IMG/VR virus record: IMGVR_UViG_3300022602_002120
Coordinates: 124,802 to 188,801 of that record
Reading direction: 5' to 3' (one strand)
Length of the DNA: 64,000 nt
DNA from: a virus
Both the position numbers and the translations under genes were made by a program. Shown piece after piece: positions 43,893 to 53,815 of this stretch. Numbering within the stretch: the first letter of the stretch is position 1; each line of letters begins with the position of its first letter. The notes under the pieces are model-generated. The model saw nothing but the letters and a program-made list of their open reading frames with translations, was not told where the DNA came from and searched no databases.

Positions 43893-44333
43893 TTAGTTGT
43901 GCCAATTAAATAAATTAGCTTGGCCTTGTGCTGGAGTAATTTGTCTAGCACAAATTGCTGCATGAGTTTGGTTTTCAACTTGATCTTTAGCGTGTGCATC
44001 ATATAATACACGAGCTGGAAAGTTCGGTGCTAGTTGTGCTCTTGTGCAATATGCTTGTAATTGTAAGTTACTGATATCGTTTGTGCCACCTACTTCTAAA
44101 CTGATACGGTGATCAACTTCGTAGCCTAAACTACATAAACTACGATCTCCATATGGCACACCTGCTAATCTATAAACTTGTTGTTTAGTTGCTTCGCTGA
44201 CATCACGGATAGTACCTGTTTTTGTGCTACAAATATCATTTACATCTTGTGTACGAATACTTGCAGCAGGAATAGCGCCATCAGCTAATGCCACTGTTGA
44301 AACTAATGCTAATACTAATGCTAGTTTTTTCAT
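43893..44333 (-). CDS. secreted HNH-endonuclease-like protein
   Basis: Signal peptide MKKLALVLALVSTVALA; EVDHRISLEVGGTNDISNL HNH core. Confidence 0.7.
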   Translation of the reverse strand: MKKLALVLALVSTVALADGAIPAASIRTQDVNDICSTKTGTIRDVSEATKQQVYRLAGVPYGDRSLCSLGYEVDHRISLEVGGTNDISNLQLQAYCTRAQLAPNFPARVLYDAHAKDQVENQTHAAICARQITPAQGQANLFNWHN

Positions 44334-44359
44334 TGAACTTCTCCTTTAAAATATTTCAA

Positions 44360-46279
44360 TTAATAACTGTCTAAGACAATATTATTTGATTGTGCCACTG
44401 GTTTCCAAATACCACCTTGTCTAATAAAAATGTCCGCAATTGGTTTCCATCCGGTGATCAATGCCGGATATGTATAACTAACTATAAAACTACCCTGTTG
44501 TTGCAGACCAATAGTATAATTATATGTTCCTTCGCTACCACCTGGATCATATACTCTAAACACAGCAACATAACTATTTGCCGCTGTTGGTTGTTGTAAG
44601 AAATATGCGTAACCAGTTGGGCCGTATCTACCACTGTAATATGAGATATAGGCCTGGAAGTGAGATCCCAAGACGCCAATTGGCACTGTGTTAATTGATA
44701 TGCTAGCTGACAAATCACCGTGATATCGTTCATTAGTTTCGGCATAGTAAATGCCTTTTGCGGCCGCACCTGCTGTTAGCACACCACTAGTACCACTACC
44801 TTGATAGCTTGCACCGTTTGTTGTGGCTACACTAAAATTAGTATCATCTAGATCGTCAATATTACCATAGAAACTAAACACATCTGCTTGGAATGCGGGA
44901 ACTGTGAAATCACCAACTTGACTAGGCTGACCATAATCACCTACGGTAATAGGTATCGTACTGTTAGGGATAGCAGGTATAGTTGTGGTTTGAGTTCCTG
45001 TAGCTGTTGCATACGATATATTCAAACTAGTAATTTGTTGTGGAATTTTAAAGTATGTAGTGCCCAAGGTATTGAATGTTGTATTGACTGTTTGTCCACC
45101 TGTTTCTGGTGGGTTTACTCGAACATAAGAATTTGTAACATTTAACCAATTACCTGAATATTTAACTTTTAATCCTGGCAATTTAACTAAAACCATGTAA
45201 ATGTAACCAGCAAATCCAGCATCGCCCATATTAGGTAAATTTGCTGGATAATATGCTGTATTTTTACCAGCCCCTGTTGTTCCACTACCTGGTAATGTAA
45301 CAGTACCGTAGCTTAGACCGCCATTGCCTGCTCCACCGGGGCCGCTATCATCTCCGTAACTAACACCAGCTTCACCGCCAAAATAGCCACCACCGCCGCC
45401 ACCACCTGACGAAAATCCGAGTCCAGCAGATTGACCAATTGTATTGTTAGTTAATCCTGTATCAGTAACTAATGCACGAGTGTCCCATAGTTCTGTAGTG
45501 TCGGGTTTGATAATTTGTAATGCTACTCCACCTGGGCCGCCTGTGTTAGAAGCACTGATATTAACAGTATGATTGCCTGCTGTGATAGATTGTGTAAATG
45601 TGCCGTATGATGTATATGTAGAATATGATCCGCCACCACTGCCATCTATGTTAAAACTACCCGAATTGTCTGTGCTAAAATAGAAAGTATAAGTTCCAGT
45701 AGTAGGGAAATTAATAACAGTCGACGCTGAGAAGCTACTCGCATACGCACTACCGCCATCCCAGATACCGTAGGTGTTTAAGAATGTGCACCAAGCACTA
45801 CCCCATGAAATCGGGAAATATGCTGTTGCATGCCCTGGATAAACACCCCCAGGGTTACCGGGAGTATCTGGACCGCCATCATCTGCGCCACCACCAGCGC
45901 CGCCTGCGCCAGCAGCTACACATACAGGAACGTTGTTAATTAGTACGGCTGTTGCGCCACCACCACCGCCACCACCACCAGTGTCGCCATCTTCGTCGCC
46001 GAATGGTCCACCTGCCCCACCAGCAAAGCGACCATCTTTAAAACCGGACCCACCTGTTTGACCCCTACCAGGCCCGCCTACGCAGAAAGCCACAACATCG
46101 CCTGGATTAATAGTTACAACCGCAGTAGCGTATCCGCCTCCTGCACCAATTGTTCCGTTAGTCGATTGACCACTACCAGCACCCCAACAATATAGTTCTA
46201 CACTAGTTTGATAGCCCTCAGGCATAACAAATGTTTTACCACCTGGCTGTTGTGATTGTATAATAATTTGTTGCGACAT
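44360..46279 (-). CDS. glycine-rich tail fiber / receptor-binding-like protein
   Basis: GGGGG tracts, PA14-like F.TDNSG segment, G.WKP.V C-terminus. Confidence 0.65.
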   Translation of the reverse strand: MSQQIIIQSQQPGGKTFVMPEGYQTSVELYCWGAGSGQSTNGTIGAGGGYATAVVTINPGDVVAFCVGGPGRGQTGGSGFKDGRFAGGAGGPFGDEDGDTGGGGGGGGATAVLINNVPVCVAAGAGGAGGGADDGGPDTPGNPGGVYPGHATAYFPISWGSAWCTFLNTYGIWDGGSAYASSFSASTVINFPTTGTYTFYFSTDNSGSFNIDGSGGGSYSTYTSYGTFTQSITAGNHTVNISASNTGGPGGVALQIIKPDTTELWDTRALVTDTGLTNNTIGQSAGLGFSSGGGGGGGYFGGEAGVSYGDDSGPGGAGNGGLSYGTVTLPGSGTTGAGKNTAYYPANLPNMGDAGFAGYIYMVLVKLPGLKVKYSGNWLNVTNSYVRVNPPETGGQTVNTTFNTLGTTYFKIPQQITSLNISYATATGTQTTTIPAIPNSTIPITVGDYGQPSQVGDFTVPAFQADVFSFYGNIDDLDDTNFSVATTNGASYQGSGTSGVLTAGAAAKGIYYAETNERYHGDLSASISINTVPIGVLGSHFQAYISYYSGRYGPTGYAYFLQQPTAANSYVAVFRVYDPGGSEGTYNYTIGLQQQGSFIVSYTYPALITGWKPIADIFIRQGGIWKPVAQSNNIVLDSY

Positions 46280-46285
46280 GTATGT

Positions 46286-46633
46286 TTAATCCTTAGAGCG
46301 AGCAAGTTGCGCGGCTTTTTGGTGTACACGTGTACTATATTCTGGGCCGTGCTTTTCTCTAATATGTTTGAGGAATTCAAAGTATTTGTGTTTTTGGTTT
46401 AATGGGTCACTGACAGCAGCACCCATTAATCCGCGTGCTGTTACAATATCACTTAATTCATTACCTTCTGTGGTAATCATGTTAGACACAGCCATATCTT
46501 CCGTCATATCACCGCTGGCTTGACCATGCCACTCATCGTTGCCATCTGACCACTGGTCATCATCACTTTGATTGTGCCAGGGATTATCTGGACCAGACCA
46601 AGCATCGTATTCAAATAGATCTTTAACTAACAT
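46286..46633 (-). CDS. hypothetical late protein
   Basis: MLVKDLFE leader; TAAATA at 46651-46656. Confidence 0.7.
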   Translation of the reverse strand: MLVKDLFEYDAWSGPDNPWHNQSDDDQWSDGNDEWHGQASGDMTEDMAVSNMITTEGNELSDIVTARGLMGAAVSDPLNQKHKYFEFLKHIREKHGPEYSTRVHQKAAQLARSKD

Positions 46634-46671
46634 ATGATTCCTCTATAGAGTATTTATCATAAACAAAATGG

Positions 46672-46700
46672 TTGACAACTATAGACAACGATGCTATAAT
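46672..46700 (+). promoter_or_regulatory. consensus sigma70 promoter
   Basis: TTGACA-N17-TATAAT on plus strand. Confidence 0.9.
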
Positions 46701-46738
46701 TCACATATTATCAACAACTCAAAGTGTAGGTTAGATTC

Positions 46739-47173
46739 ATGGCAAATTTAGAACAACTATTAGAAGTTATCTCAGATCCTTACAATGGACGTGAAGAGGG
46801 TGTAGATTTCTGGGTAGATGAAGATGGCTATATTCAAGTTCCAAACATACGTACAGCTGCATTGTTAATGCGTGAAGCTAATACCAGCGGTCAGTTTACG
46901 CAAAATCTAGTCAAAGTTGGCCAAAAAGGTGACAGTATTTTACTAGGATTTGATACATTATTAGATGTTAGTGCTGTGTATAAGACCAAAATTCAAGATA
47001 TTCTGGCAGAAGTCAAGCGTGATGAAGGCGGAAAGTTTTGTGTTTATTTAAACAAGAAACGGTCAGCACGCATGTTCAATAAACTTGCTAGTGCCAAACG
47101 TTTTATTAAAAGTTTAGAAAAAGACCTACAAAGCGTAACTGCTGTTAACACTTACGATGACCTAGACGATTAA
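46739..47173 (+). CDS. hypothetical protein (only plus-strand gene)
   Basis: 144 aa with its own consensus promoter; stop overlaps convergent gene stop. Confidence 0.75.
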   Translation: MANLEQLLEVISDPYNGREEGVDFWVDEDGYIQVPNIRTAALLMREANTSGQFTQNLVKVGQKGDSILLGFDTLLDVSAVYKTKIQDILAEVKRDEGGKFCVYLNKKRSARMFNKLASAKRFIKSLEKDLQSVTAVNTYDDLDD

Positions 47174-48039
47174 GTTGTAGGAGTTTGTTGCTTACCTTGA
47201 ACCTGCTGAATTTGCTGTGCTAGTGTTCTAAACTGTGCAGCAAGTTTAGGGTCTTGGGCTACTGTGGTCATATCTTTCATCATTGGTTCAAGAGCTTTCA
47301 TATCTTGTTGTCCAACAGGTTTACCTTGACTAGCCGAATCAAGTGCTTTGGCAATCTGCGGAGTTGGCGCTGTGCTTTTTGTTCCGGATTTTAATGCCGC
47401 TAATGCTTGAGCTGTTGCAGCTGCTTGTTTAGGATCTTGTTGCATTTGCCCACTAGTTGATTGTGATACTGAAGTTTGACCAGCTGTGCCTTGTGGCTGT
47501 GCAGCACCGAATTCTTTAATTTGTTGTCTACTTTGTTTATATTCTTGAGCTTCTTTGCCAAACTTATCCACTAGATATGAATAAATTGCTTGTTTTTCTG
47601 CTGGGGATTTATCGCTTGCTTGTAATGCTTCTAGTTCTTGGCGAAACTTAGAAATCATTTCAGTACCTTCATCTACAGCTTTTTTGTAGTTATAACGTTT
47701 ACTTGGTTTATCTAAGGAAGTATATTCTCGTGCTGGGCGACTACCTTGACGTTGTGGACGTTTTTCCTCTACACCTAGATTATCTTCTTCCAGTTGCTCT
47801 AAGAATGCTTCAAATGCTTCTGCTAGCTCTTGTTCTTTGGTTTTAGGTTTAGGACCTTTACTTAGGTCTTTAAGTATATTTTCTTCCATACCCCCAACAC
47901 CCATTCCTGGTTTAGGTGGATTCTTATCACTACCTTTCCAATAACCTTTAAACTCAGGACCTTCTGGATTGTGCTCAGCGGCTTTCATGCTAGCACCTTC
48001 AAATAAGTCAATCTTAGCTAGTATTTTTTTAAAATCCAT
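47170..48039 (-). CDS. modular virion-associated hypothetical protein, Gln/Ala-rich C-terminus
   Basis: 289 aa; LFE, LEE, VDE, IKE junctions. Confidence 0.7.
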   Translation of the reverse strand: MDFKKILAKIDLFEGASMKAAEHNPEGPEFKGYWKGSDKNPPKPGMGVGGMEENILKDLSKGPKPKTKEQELAEAFEAFLEQLEEDNLGVEEKRPQRQGSRPAREYTSLDKPSKRYNYKKAVDEGTEMISKFRQELEALQASDKSPAEKQAIYSYLVDKFGKEAQEYKQSRQQIKEFGAAQPQGTAGQTSVSQSTSGQMQQDPKQAAATAQALAALKSGTKSTAPTPQIAKALDSASQGKPVGQQDMKALEPMMKDMTTVAQDPKLAAQFRTLAQQIQQVQGKQQTPTT

Positions 48040-48040
48040 G

Positions 48041-48484
48041 TTATTTTGCCTTTGATGTTGCTCTTAAGAACCAAGCGTGTTTAGCAAATGCATCTTGGCG
48101 ATCTGCTAGGAAGTTACTAAGTCCGTGCTCACCTAATTCTTCTGCACGTACAAATAGATGTTTCATAATTTCTTGCATTTTTTCACTATCGTGTAATAAT
48201 ACTGCTACCATAGATTGCGGAACTAATAATTCGCTTTCGTCGTCAATGGCTGTTAGTACTGAAAAACGATGTAGACTAGCTGGAGTGTAGCCTTTTATTT
48301 TACGGATATTTTCCGCGAAATCATCAATGGCACCATATACTTCGTTGTAGATTGTTTCAAACAATAGGTGTAGTTGATAGAACTCTGGACCTTCTACATT
48401 CCAGTGAAAGTTCTGTGCTTTGATAGCAAAGCTATACTGACTAGCAAATGCAATCTTCAGGCTGTTAATAAACTTCTCGTCCAT
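48041..48484 (-). CDS. dps: Dps-family ferritin-like DNA protection protein
   Basis: NFHWNVEGPEFYQLHLLFE...DDFAENIR...KHAWFL. Confidence 0.92.
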   Translation of the reverse strand: MDEKFINSLKIAFASQYSFAIKAQNFHWNVEGPEFYQLHLLFETIYNEVYGAIDDFAENIRKIKGYTPASLHRFSVLTAIDDESELLVPQSMVAVLLHDSEKMQEIMKHLFVRAEELGEHGLSNFLADRQDAFAKHAWFLRATSKAK

Positions 48485-48870
48485 TATCTCTTTCTCATAT
48501 TTGACTTACGTTTTGCTGTTGGTTTGGTTGATTCTTTGTAGAATTCACTCCAACCAAATCCATCGCCACCACCCATGCTAGTAGCAATACCACCCGCGCC
48601 TGTAGCACCTGATGTACACTCGCCAATAGTAGGTTGTATACCTTGTTCATGTTGGCTAAGAATATAATCACCTACAGCAACGATCATACCTTTGGCTACA
48701 GCAATCTTTTCTTGACACCATTCAGGTAAGTCTTCATTGTCGTCTAGACTTTTAGCTAGCTCTAATGCCATACGAATTGTTGTTAGCAAATTATCTTTAA
48801 CCATGCCTGCCTCGTCACTATATTCTTCATGGCTGTATTCTGATTCGTTAATAAATTCTGATGGTTTCAT
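48484..48870 (-). CDS. hypothetical late protein with capsid-targeting-like leader
   Basis: MKPSEFINE leader; LPEW.QEKI module; TAAATA at 48891-48896. Confidence 0.75.
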   Translation of the reverse strand: MKPSEFINESEYSHEEYSDEAGMVKDNLLTTIRMALELAKSLDDNEDLPEWCQEKIAVAKGMIVAVGDYILSQHEQGIQPTIGECTSGATGAGGIATSMGGGDGFGWSEFYKESTKPTAKRKSNMRKR

Positions 48871-48893
48871 AATATATTCCTAATAAACTATAT

Positions 48894-49205
48894 TTATGCT
48901 ATAGTAAAGGATACGCTATCACTATGGATTTCGTGAGTATATTCAACATCACTGATGTAGAAATTTCTAAGATCTAATTTTGTTAGATATTCTGGTTTGG
49001 ATTTAATAACTTCAACATTGATTATATGTTGTTCTTTGGGGGCAAGTTCTGCAACTATAAGTTCATTAATATAGATATGTCGATCCCATACCCAATCACG
49101 TTCTGTTAATAGTTCGTTATTTAGATAAATTCTATATTTGCTATTTTCTAATTGAACCCATCTAGGCTCGACACAGTGAACTTCAACGGCTATTTCAGCT
49201 ATCAT
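48894..49205 (-). CDS. hypothetical beta-rich protein
   Basis: 103 aa coupled ORF. Confidence 0.7.
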   Translation of the reverse strand: MIAEIAVEVHCVEPRWVQLENSKYRIYLNNELLTERDWVWDRHIYINELIVAELAPKEQHIINVEVIKSKPEYLTKLDLRNFYISDVEYTHEIHSDSVSFTIA

Positions 49206-49912
49206 TATATTAATCTAAGAGCTTTTGCGTTCTTAGTCGGAGTATCTGGGTGTACATCTACAGTTAGAGCATTTGACCAACGTGGGTCTTTGGCTTCTTT
49301 CTTGTTTTTAGGAATGTAGCCACTAGCATCTTCCAATAACATACCTTTGCGTACAGCATCATACAATGGTTTAGCTAGTTTGCCTGCCCCAGTAGCCTGC
49401 GCAAATAGTTCAAAATTGCCTTTTGTGGCGGCTTCACGAGCGCCACTAGCACTAATACCAGCAATGCCGTCCGCATCCGGATCACGTTCGCCGCTACTAA
49501 CAAAATTAATATTAGTAAAATTATAGCCATCTGGTTGTCCGTTGTATTTGGTTAGTAATTCTTTAAATGCTGGCAAACGATCACTGCCTGCTACAAAGGT
49601 AACTGAACGATAACCTTTGTTATATAACCAATTGGCGGCCTGCATGATAGTTTTTATTTCTGGATCGTATACGACATGACCTGCTTGTTGTGGAAATAGA
49701 GCTTTGATGAATTTAACTTTAGTAGCATAGTCCAATGGATTCTTTTTAGGATCTTGGCTTTGACTAGTAAAGATAAAATAGTCACCGCCTTGGGCAGATT
49801 TGGCCACAGTGTCAATTAATTGACCATGACCAATTGTTGGGGGATTCATACGGCCAAAGCAGAAACTAGCGTGCTTGACTGTTTGTTGTTCAAATAGTTC
49901 AGTTAAAAACAT
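49205..49912 (-). CDS. cytidyltransferase-like (HIGH-motif) nucleotidyltransferase
   Basis: FGRMNPPTIGH, KNPL, VAGSDR, SASGAR motifs. Confidence 0.8.
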   Translation of the reverse strand: MFLTELFEQQTVKHASFCFGRMNPPTIGHGQLIDTVAKSAQGGDYFIFTSQSQDPKKNPLDYATKVKFIKALFPQQAGHVVYDPEIKTIMQAANWLYNKGYRSVTFVAGSDRLPAFKELLTKYNGQPDGYNFTNINFVSSGERDPDADGIAGISASGAREAATKGNFELFAQATGAGKLAKPLYDAVRKGMLLEDASGYIPKNKKEAKDPRWSNALTVDVHPDTPTKNAKALRLI

Positions 49913-49941
49913 AGTAAACCTTTGTCGTTACTATATTTATC

Positions 49942-50388
49942 TTAGAGTTTTTCTAATAACCAGATGTAAAATGGACTGGTAAATTTAAGAATATAAGTGC
50001 CATTCCATCCTAGATTGACACAGTTGTCTAATTGTGTAATAGTTTTGCCTTGATATGTTTGCGGAACATCTAGATAGTATTCAGCTGACCAAAGTAAGTT
50101 ACCTAGACTAATATCATCGATTGTAATATCATCAATATTAAGTAATAGATCTTTAACTATTTCGCCATTCTCAATTACAGTGTCAGTTAGTTGATCTTTA
50201 TTTTCTAAACGGATTTTAAGCTCGTGGGCACCTTCGTCGACATTACGTTCAAAGGTAACTGTTTGAGCTGTATTAGCTAGTTCTGTTTGTATTACCGGGT
50301 CGTCATCTAACCAAACGGAAAACTGAGGTTTCTTGTCCCAGTATGTTCCGCTTAGAGAGATTTCAAATTTGAGATTTTCGTTGTTCAA
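49942..50388 (-). CDS. hypothetical beta-rich protein
   Basis: 148 aa; LGWNG...F.SP.Y.WLLE C-terminus. Confidence 0.7.
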   Translation of the reverse strand: MNNENLKFEISLSGTYWDKKPQFSVWLDDDPVIQTELANTAQTVTFERNVDEGAHELKIRLENKDQLTDTVIENGEIVKDLLLNIDDITIDDISLGNLLWSAEYYLDVPQTYQGKTITQLDNCVNLGWNGTYILKFTSPFYIWLLEKL

Positions 50389-50390
50389 GA

Positions 50391-51239
50391 TTATTGCTGT
50401 GCTTTCTTAGCTGCCATTTGGTCTGGGGTAATGTCTGGCATTGTTGGTTGACCACCAGTTAATACTGACAAGTCACCAGCAAACTCATAGTGACCACTGT
50501 GGTTCAATAGTACTTTAGCATGAGCATAGATCTCACCACCTAAAGCCGCCCAGCGACGACAGAATGTCCAGTCTTCACTTAGATAGTGACCTTTCTCATC
50601 GATTACACAATCAAAGATTGCATACATGGTTGGCTCGTATTGTTTGCCTAGACCAACATCATCTACATATTTTGTTTCTGGATGTGCTGCAATTAGTTTT
50701 TCATATACATGACGTTTGAACATCATGAAACCTGTGCCCATTGTGTCTACTGGGAAAATATCGTTGATGATCTGTGTGCCTGGTTTAACATTAATTACAT
50801 AGCTAATTGGCAAGGCTTTCTTAGGATATAATCCACCAATAACATCTTTGTCTGTGGCTAACATCATGAAGATACTTTCTGGCTGGAAGCGAATGTCTGC
50901 GTCGATGAACATAAAGTGTGTAGCCGCTTGATTAGTCATCATCTTAGCCATTAAGTTATTACGAGCACGTGTTACCAGTGATTCGTTAACCATAGTGTCT
51001 AATGACCATTGTAAGCCAGTTTTACTTGCCATTAGAATAAAACGCAAGAAACTAGTGAAACAAGGTTCTGTAATCATGCCACCATAAGCTGGAATACCAA
51101 AGTGAACATGACATTTAGTAAAGTCAAATGGTTGACCTTGCGGTTGTCCTGCACTAGGTAAATTTAATGCTTGCCCTGGTGCGGCTTTAATCATACTAGG
51201 TGCGTTGGGTTTGATACGCTTTGATTGTTTAGTTGCCAT
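50391..51239 (-). CDS. GT-A fold glycosyltransferase-like protein
   Basis: ESLVTRARN, HFMFIDAD DxD, GGLYPKK, GTGFMM, LSEDWTFC, H.G. Confidence 0.75.
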   Translation of the reverse strand: MATKQSKRIKPNAPSMIKAAPGQALNLPSAGQPQGQPFDFTKCHVHFGIPAYGGMITEPCFTSFLRFILMASKTGLQWSLDTMVNESLVTRARNNLMAKMMTNQAATHFMFIDADIRFQPESIFMMLATDKDVIGGLYPKKALPISYVINVKPGTQIINDIFPVDTMGTGFMMFKRHVYEKLIAAHPETKYVDDVGLGKQYEPTMYAIFDCVIDEKGHYLSEDWTFCRRWAALGGEIYAHAKVLLNHSGHYEFAGDLSVLTGGQPTMPDITPDQMAAKKAQQ

Positions 51240-51263
51240 CGAAAATCTCTCTTTTTAATTGAA

Positions 51264-51428
51264 TTATGCTTTTTGAACTTCTACAAGTGTACCAGCACCT
51301 GCTAGTTCTTGTACTACTGCTTCGATACTTGTAACAGTATCGGTGTCTAAGATAACAGATTCATTTTCACTATCTTTTAACAATTTACTTACTTTTACAA
51401 CAATAACTTCTTCTTGTAACTTTGCCAT
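51264..51428 (-). CDS. small hypothetical protein (54 aa)
   Basis: Manually translated MAKLQEEVIVVKVSKLLKD...VEVQKA; SD AGGAG; absent from ORF track. Confidence 0.75.
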   Translation of the reverse strand: MAKLQEEVIVVKVSKLLKDSENESVILDTDTVTSIEAVVQELAGAGTLVEVQKA

Positions 51429-51488
51429 AATTGGCTCCTAATAATATACTACTATTATTTAGCGAGCCAATATACGACTGATAAAAAT

Positions 51489-53792
51489 TTATATTACAAT
51501 AATACCATTTTCATCTACTGTTTTATTTTCTAGTAGATCTAGCACAGGTGCTGTTACTATAAATTTAACAGTATCGTCAGCATAATCTATTGAAATAATA
51601 CTACCGTTTTCGATATGATCAAACAAGATTTTCTTACTCAACGGTACTTTAATCAAGTCATTGATCTTACGATTAAGTGGACGAGCACCCATTGCTGGAT
51701 CAAATCCAACTTCTACTAAATGATCAACTAAGGCTTCTGTTGGGCGTACTTTAATAGACTTTTCTTCAAGTAATGTGTTTAATTCGTTTAGGAATTTAAC
51801 AACAATTTTCTTCATTGCTAGTTTATCAAGTTTAGTAAACTTAACTACAGCATCAAGTCTATTGCGAAACTCTGGTTTGAAGAAACGTTTAGTTGCTTCA
51901 TCATCTGTGCCTTCTTTAGTCTGACTACGTCCAAAACCAATGGCATTCTTTTCAGCATCGGCACTGCCTAGATTACTTGTTAGGATAAGGATGGCATGAC
52001 GGCAATCTGCTTTCTTACCGTTTGAACCAGTAATAACACCTTCGTCCATGATACTTAGTAATAGGTTACTAATATCAGGATGTGCTTTTTCAATCTCATC
52101 TAACAAGATAATACTGTGTGGGTTACGTTCTACTTCGCTGATCAGCAAGCCACCGCCTAGGTTGCCATCTTCGTAACCTACATAGCCCGGAGGTGCACCG
52201 ATAAGTTTAGCCATGCTGTGTTTCTCTTGATATTCACTCATATCAAAGCGGATTAGCTTCATGCTTAGGTTTTCGCTTAATAGCTTACATAGTTCTGTTT
52301 TACCAGTACCAGTTGGACCTAAGAACAAGAAGTTACCCACGGGCTTGTTATGTGATTTCATACCAGCTTTGGCTACATAGATCTTTTCTAATACTTGATC
52401 TACAGCTGAGTCTTGACCATACAATTTATCTTTAATTGTAGTTTCGAGACTAATTAAATTATCTTTGGCCTTTTCGCTTAACAAGTTTTCACGTGGAATA
52501 CCTGTAGCTTTAGCAATAGTATCAACAATTTCTTCCTTGCTGATGATAAAGTCTGGGTTCTTAATCTTAGCTTTAGCACAGCTCATATCAATTAAGTCAA
52601 TGGCCTTATCAGGTAAGCGTTTGTCTGTTTGATAGCGTACACTTAGATCGACAGCAGCTTCTACAGCTTCATCTGCAATAGCACCACCGTGGAACTTTTC
52701 AAAGTGATTACGTAGACCGTATAAGATATCTTTGGCTACTGCTGGTGTAGGCTCGTCTACATTTAATTTATAGAACCTACGCATTAAGGCACGGTCTTTT
52801 TCAAACGATTGTGTGTACTCTTCATAGGTAGTACTTGCAATAACTTTAATACCACCTTTGGCCAATGCTGGTTTAATCATATTAGCAAAGTCTACTGAAC
52901 TGGAACTACCTGCACCTGCGCCTTGCATCTGATGCGCTTCGTCAATAAACAAGATCGACTTGCCTTTTTGTGTTAGTGCATTCATAACATCTTTGAATTT
53001 TTCTTCAAATTCGCCACGATACTTACTACCAGCTAGCAAACTACCAATTTCCAAATTATAAACTGTATAGTCTTTTAGGTATTCTGGTACATCTTTGTGT
53101 ACAATCTTATGTGCTAGTCCTTCAGCAATAGCTGTTTTACCTACACCGGGGTCACCAATCATTAAGACATTTGATTTGTTACGACGAGCAAGTACTTGTG
53201 CAATTTCTTCAAGCTCATATTCACGACCAATTACAGGATCAATCTTACCTTCGTCTACGTGTTTGTTAAGATTAGTACAATATTCTTCTAAAATCTTATC
53301 TGCAAAATCTTTCTTGTTGGCTTCACGTTTAGCTGGTTTATGTCCTAGACGCTCTGCATTGTTTTCTGAGAAGAATTCAACTAATTGCTTGCGGTTAATA
53401 CCGTATTTGAGGAAGAAGTATGCGGCATGACTCTGCGGTTCTTGGCTAATACTTAGGAACAGGTCAATTGGTAGCATTTCTTCACGGGCACTAAACAATA
53501 CCTGTGTAAACGCACGATTGAATACACGCTCTAAGGCATGTGTACGTTGTGGTGTTACGTCATCTTCTAGGCTTACTAGTTCATCACGTTGCCCTACCCA
53601 GTCGTACATGTCACGTAGCATGTTTTCTACGTCCACTCCGTATTCTTCTAATAGCTTATGGAAGTCTGGAAATTCTATTAATGCAATGCTAAGATGTTCT
53701 AAAGTTACATACTGATGTTTGTAATCTTTTGCTAGAGCGGTAGCCGCTGTGATAATTTTTTCAATCTCAGGATTTGAGCGCATTTCTGACAA
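51489..53792 (-). CDS. clpA: ClpA-like Hsp100 AAA+ unfoldase
   Basis: Clp N-domain, GDPGVGKT/FIDEAH, GPTGTGKT/LLDEIEK, IGF loop, no ClpB M-domain. Confidence 0.92.
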   Translation of the reverse strand: MSEMRSNPEIEKIITAATALAKDYKHQYVTLEHLSIALIEFPDFHKLLEEYGVDVENMLRDMYDWVGQRDELVSLEDDVTPQRTHALERVFNRAFTQVLFSAREEMLPIDLFLSISQEPQSHAAYFFLKYGINRKQLVEFFSENNAERLGHKPAKREANKKDFADKILEEYCTNLNKHVDEGKIDPVIGREYELEEIAQVLARRNKSNVLMIGDPGVGKTAIAEGLAHKIVHKDVPEYLKDYTVYNLEIGSLLAGSKYRGEFEEKFKDVMNALTQKGKSILFIDEAHQMQGAGAGSSSSVDFANMIKPALAKGGIKVIASTTYEEYTQSFEKDRALMRRFYKLNVDEPTPAVAKDILYGLRNHFEKFHGGAIADEAVEAAVDLSVRYQTDKRLPDKAIDLIDMSCAKAKIKNPDFIISKEEIVDTIAKATGIPRENLLSEKAKDNLISLETTIKDKLYGQDSAVDQVLEKIYVAKAGMKSHNKPVGNFLFLGPTGTGKTELCKLLSENLSMKLIRFDMSEYQEKHSMAKLIGAPPGYVGYEDGNLGGGLLISEVERNPHSIILLDEIEKAHPDISNLLLSIMDEGVITGSNGKKADCRHAILILTSNLGSADAEKNAIGFGRSQTKEGTDDEATKRFFKPEFRNRLDAVVKFTKLDKLAMKKIVVKFLNELNTLLEEKSIKVRPTEALVDHLVEVGFDPAMGARPLNRKINDLIKVPLSKKILFDHIENGSIISIDYADDTVKFIVTAPVLDLLENKTVDENGIIVI

Positions 53793-53815
53793 AGTACACC
53801 TCTTCTTAAAAATAT

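Noticed and set aside
45300-46200. GGN/CCN-rich tracts as tandem DNA repeats or a G-quadruplex element
   Set aside because: Explained by poly-Gly coding in the fiber-like protein
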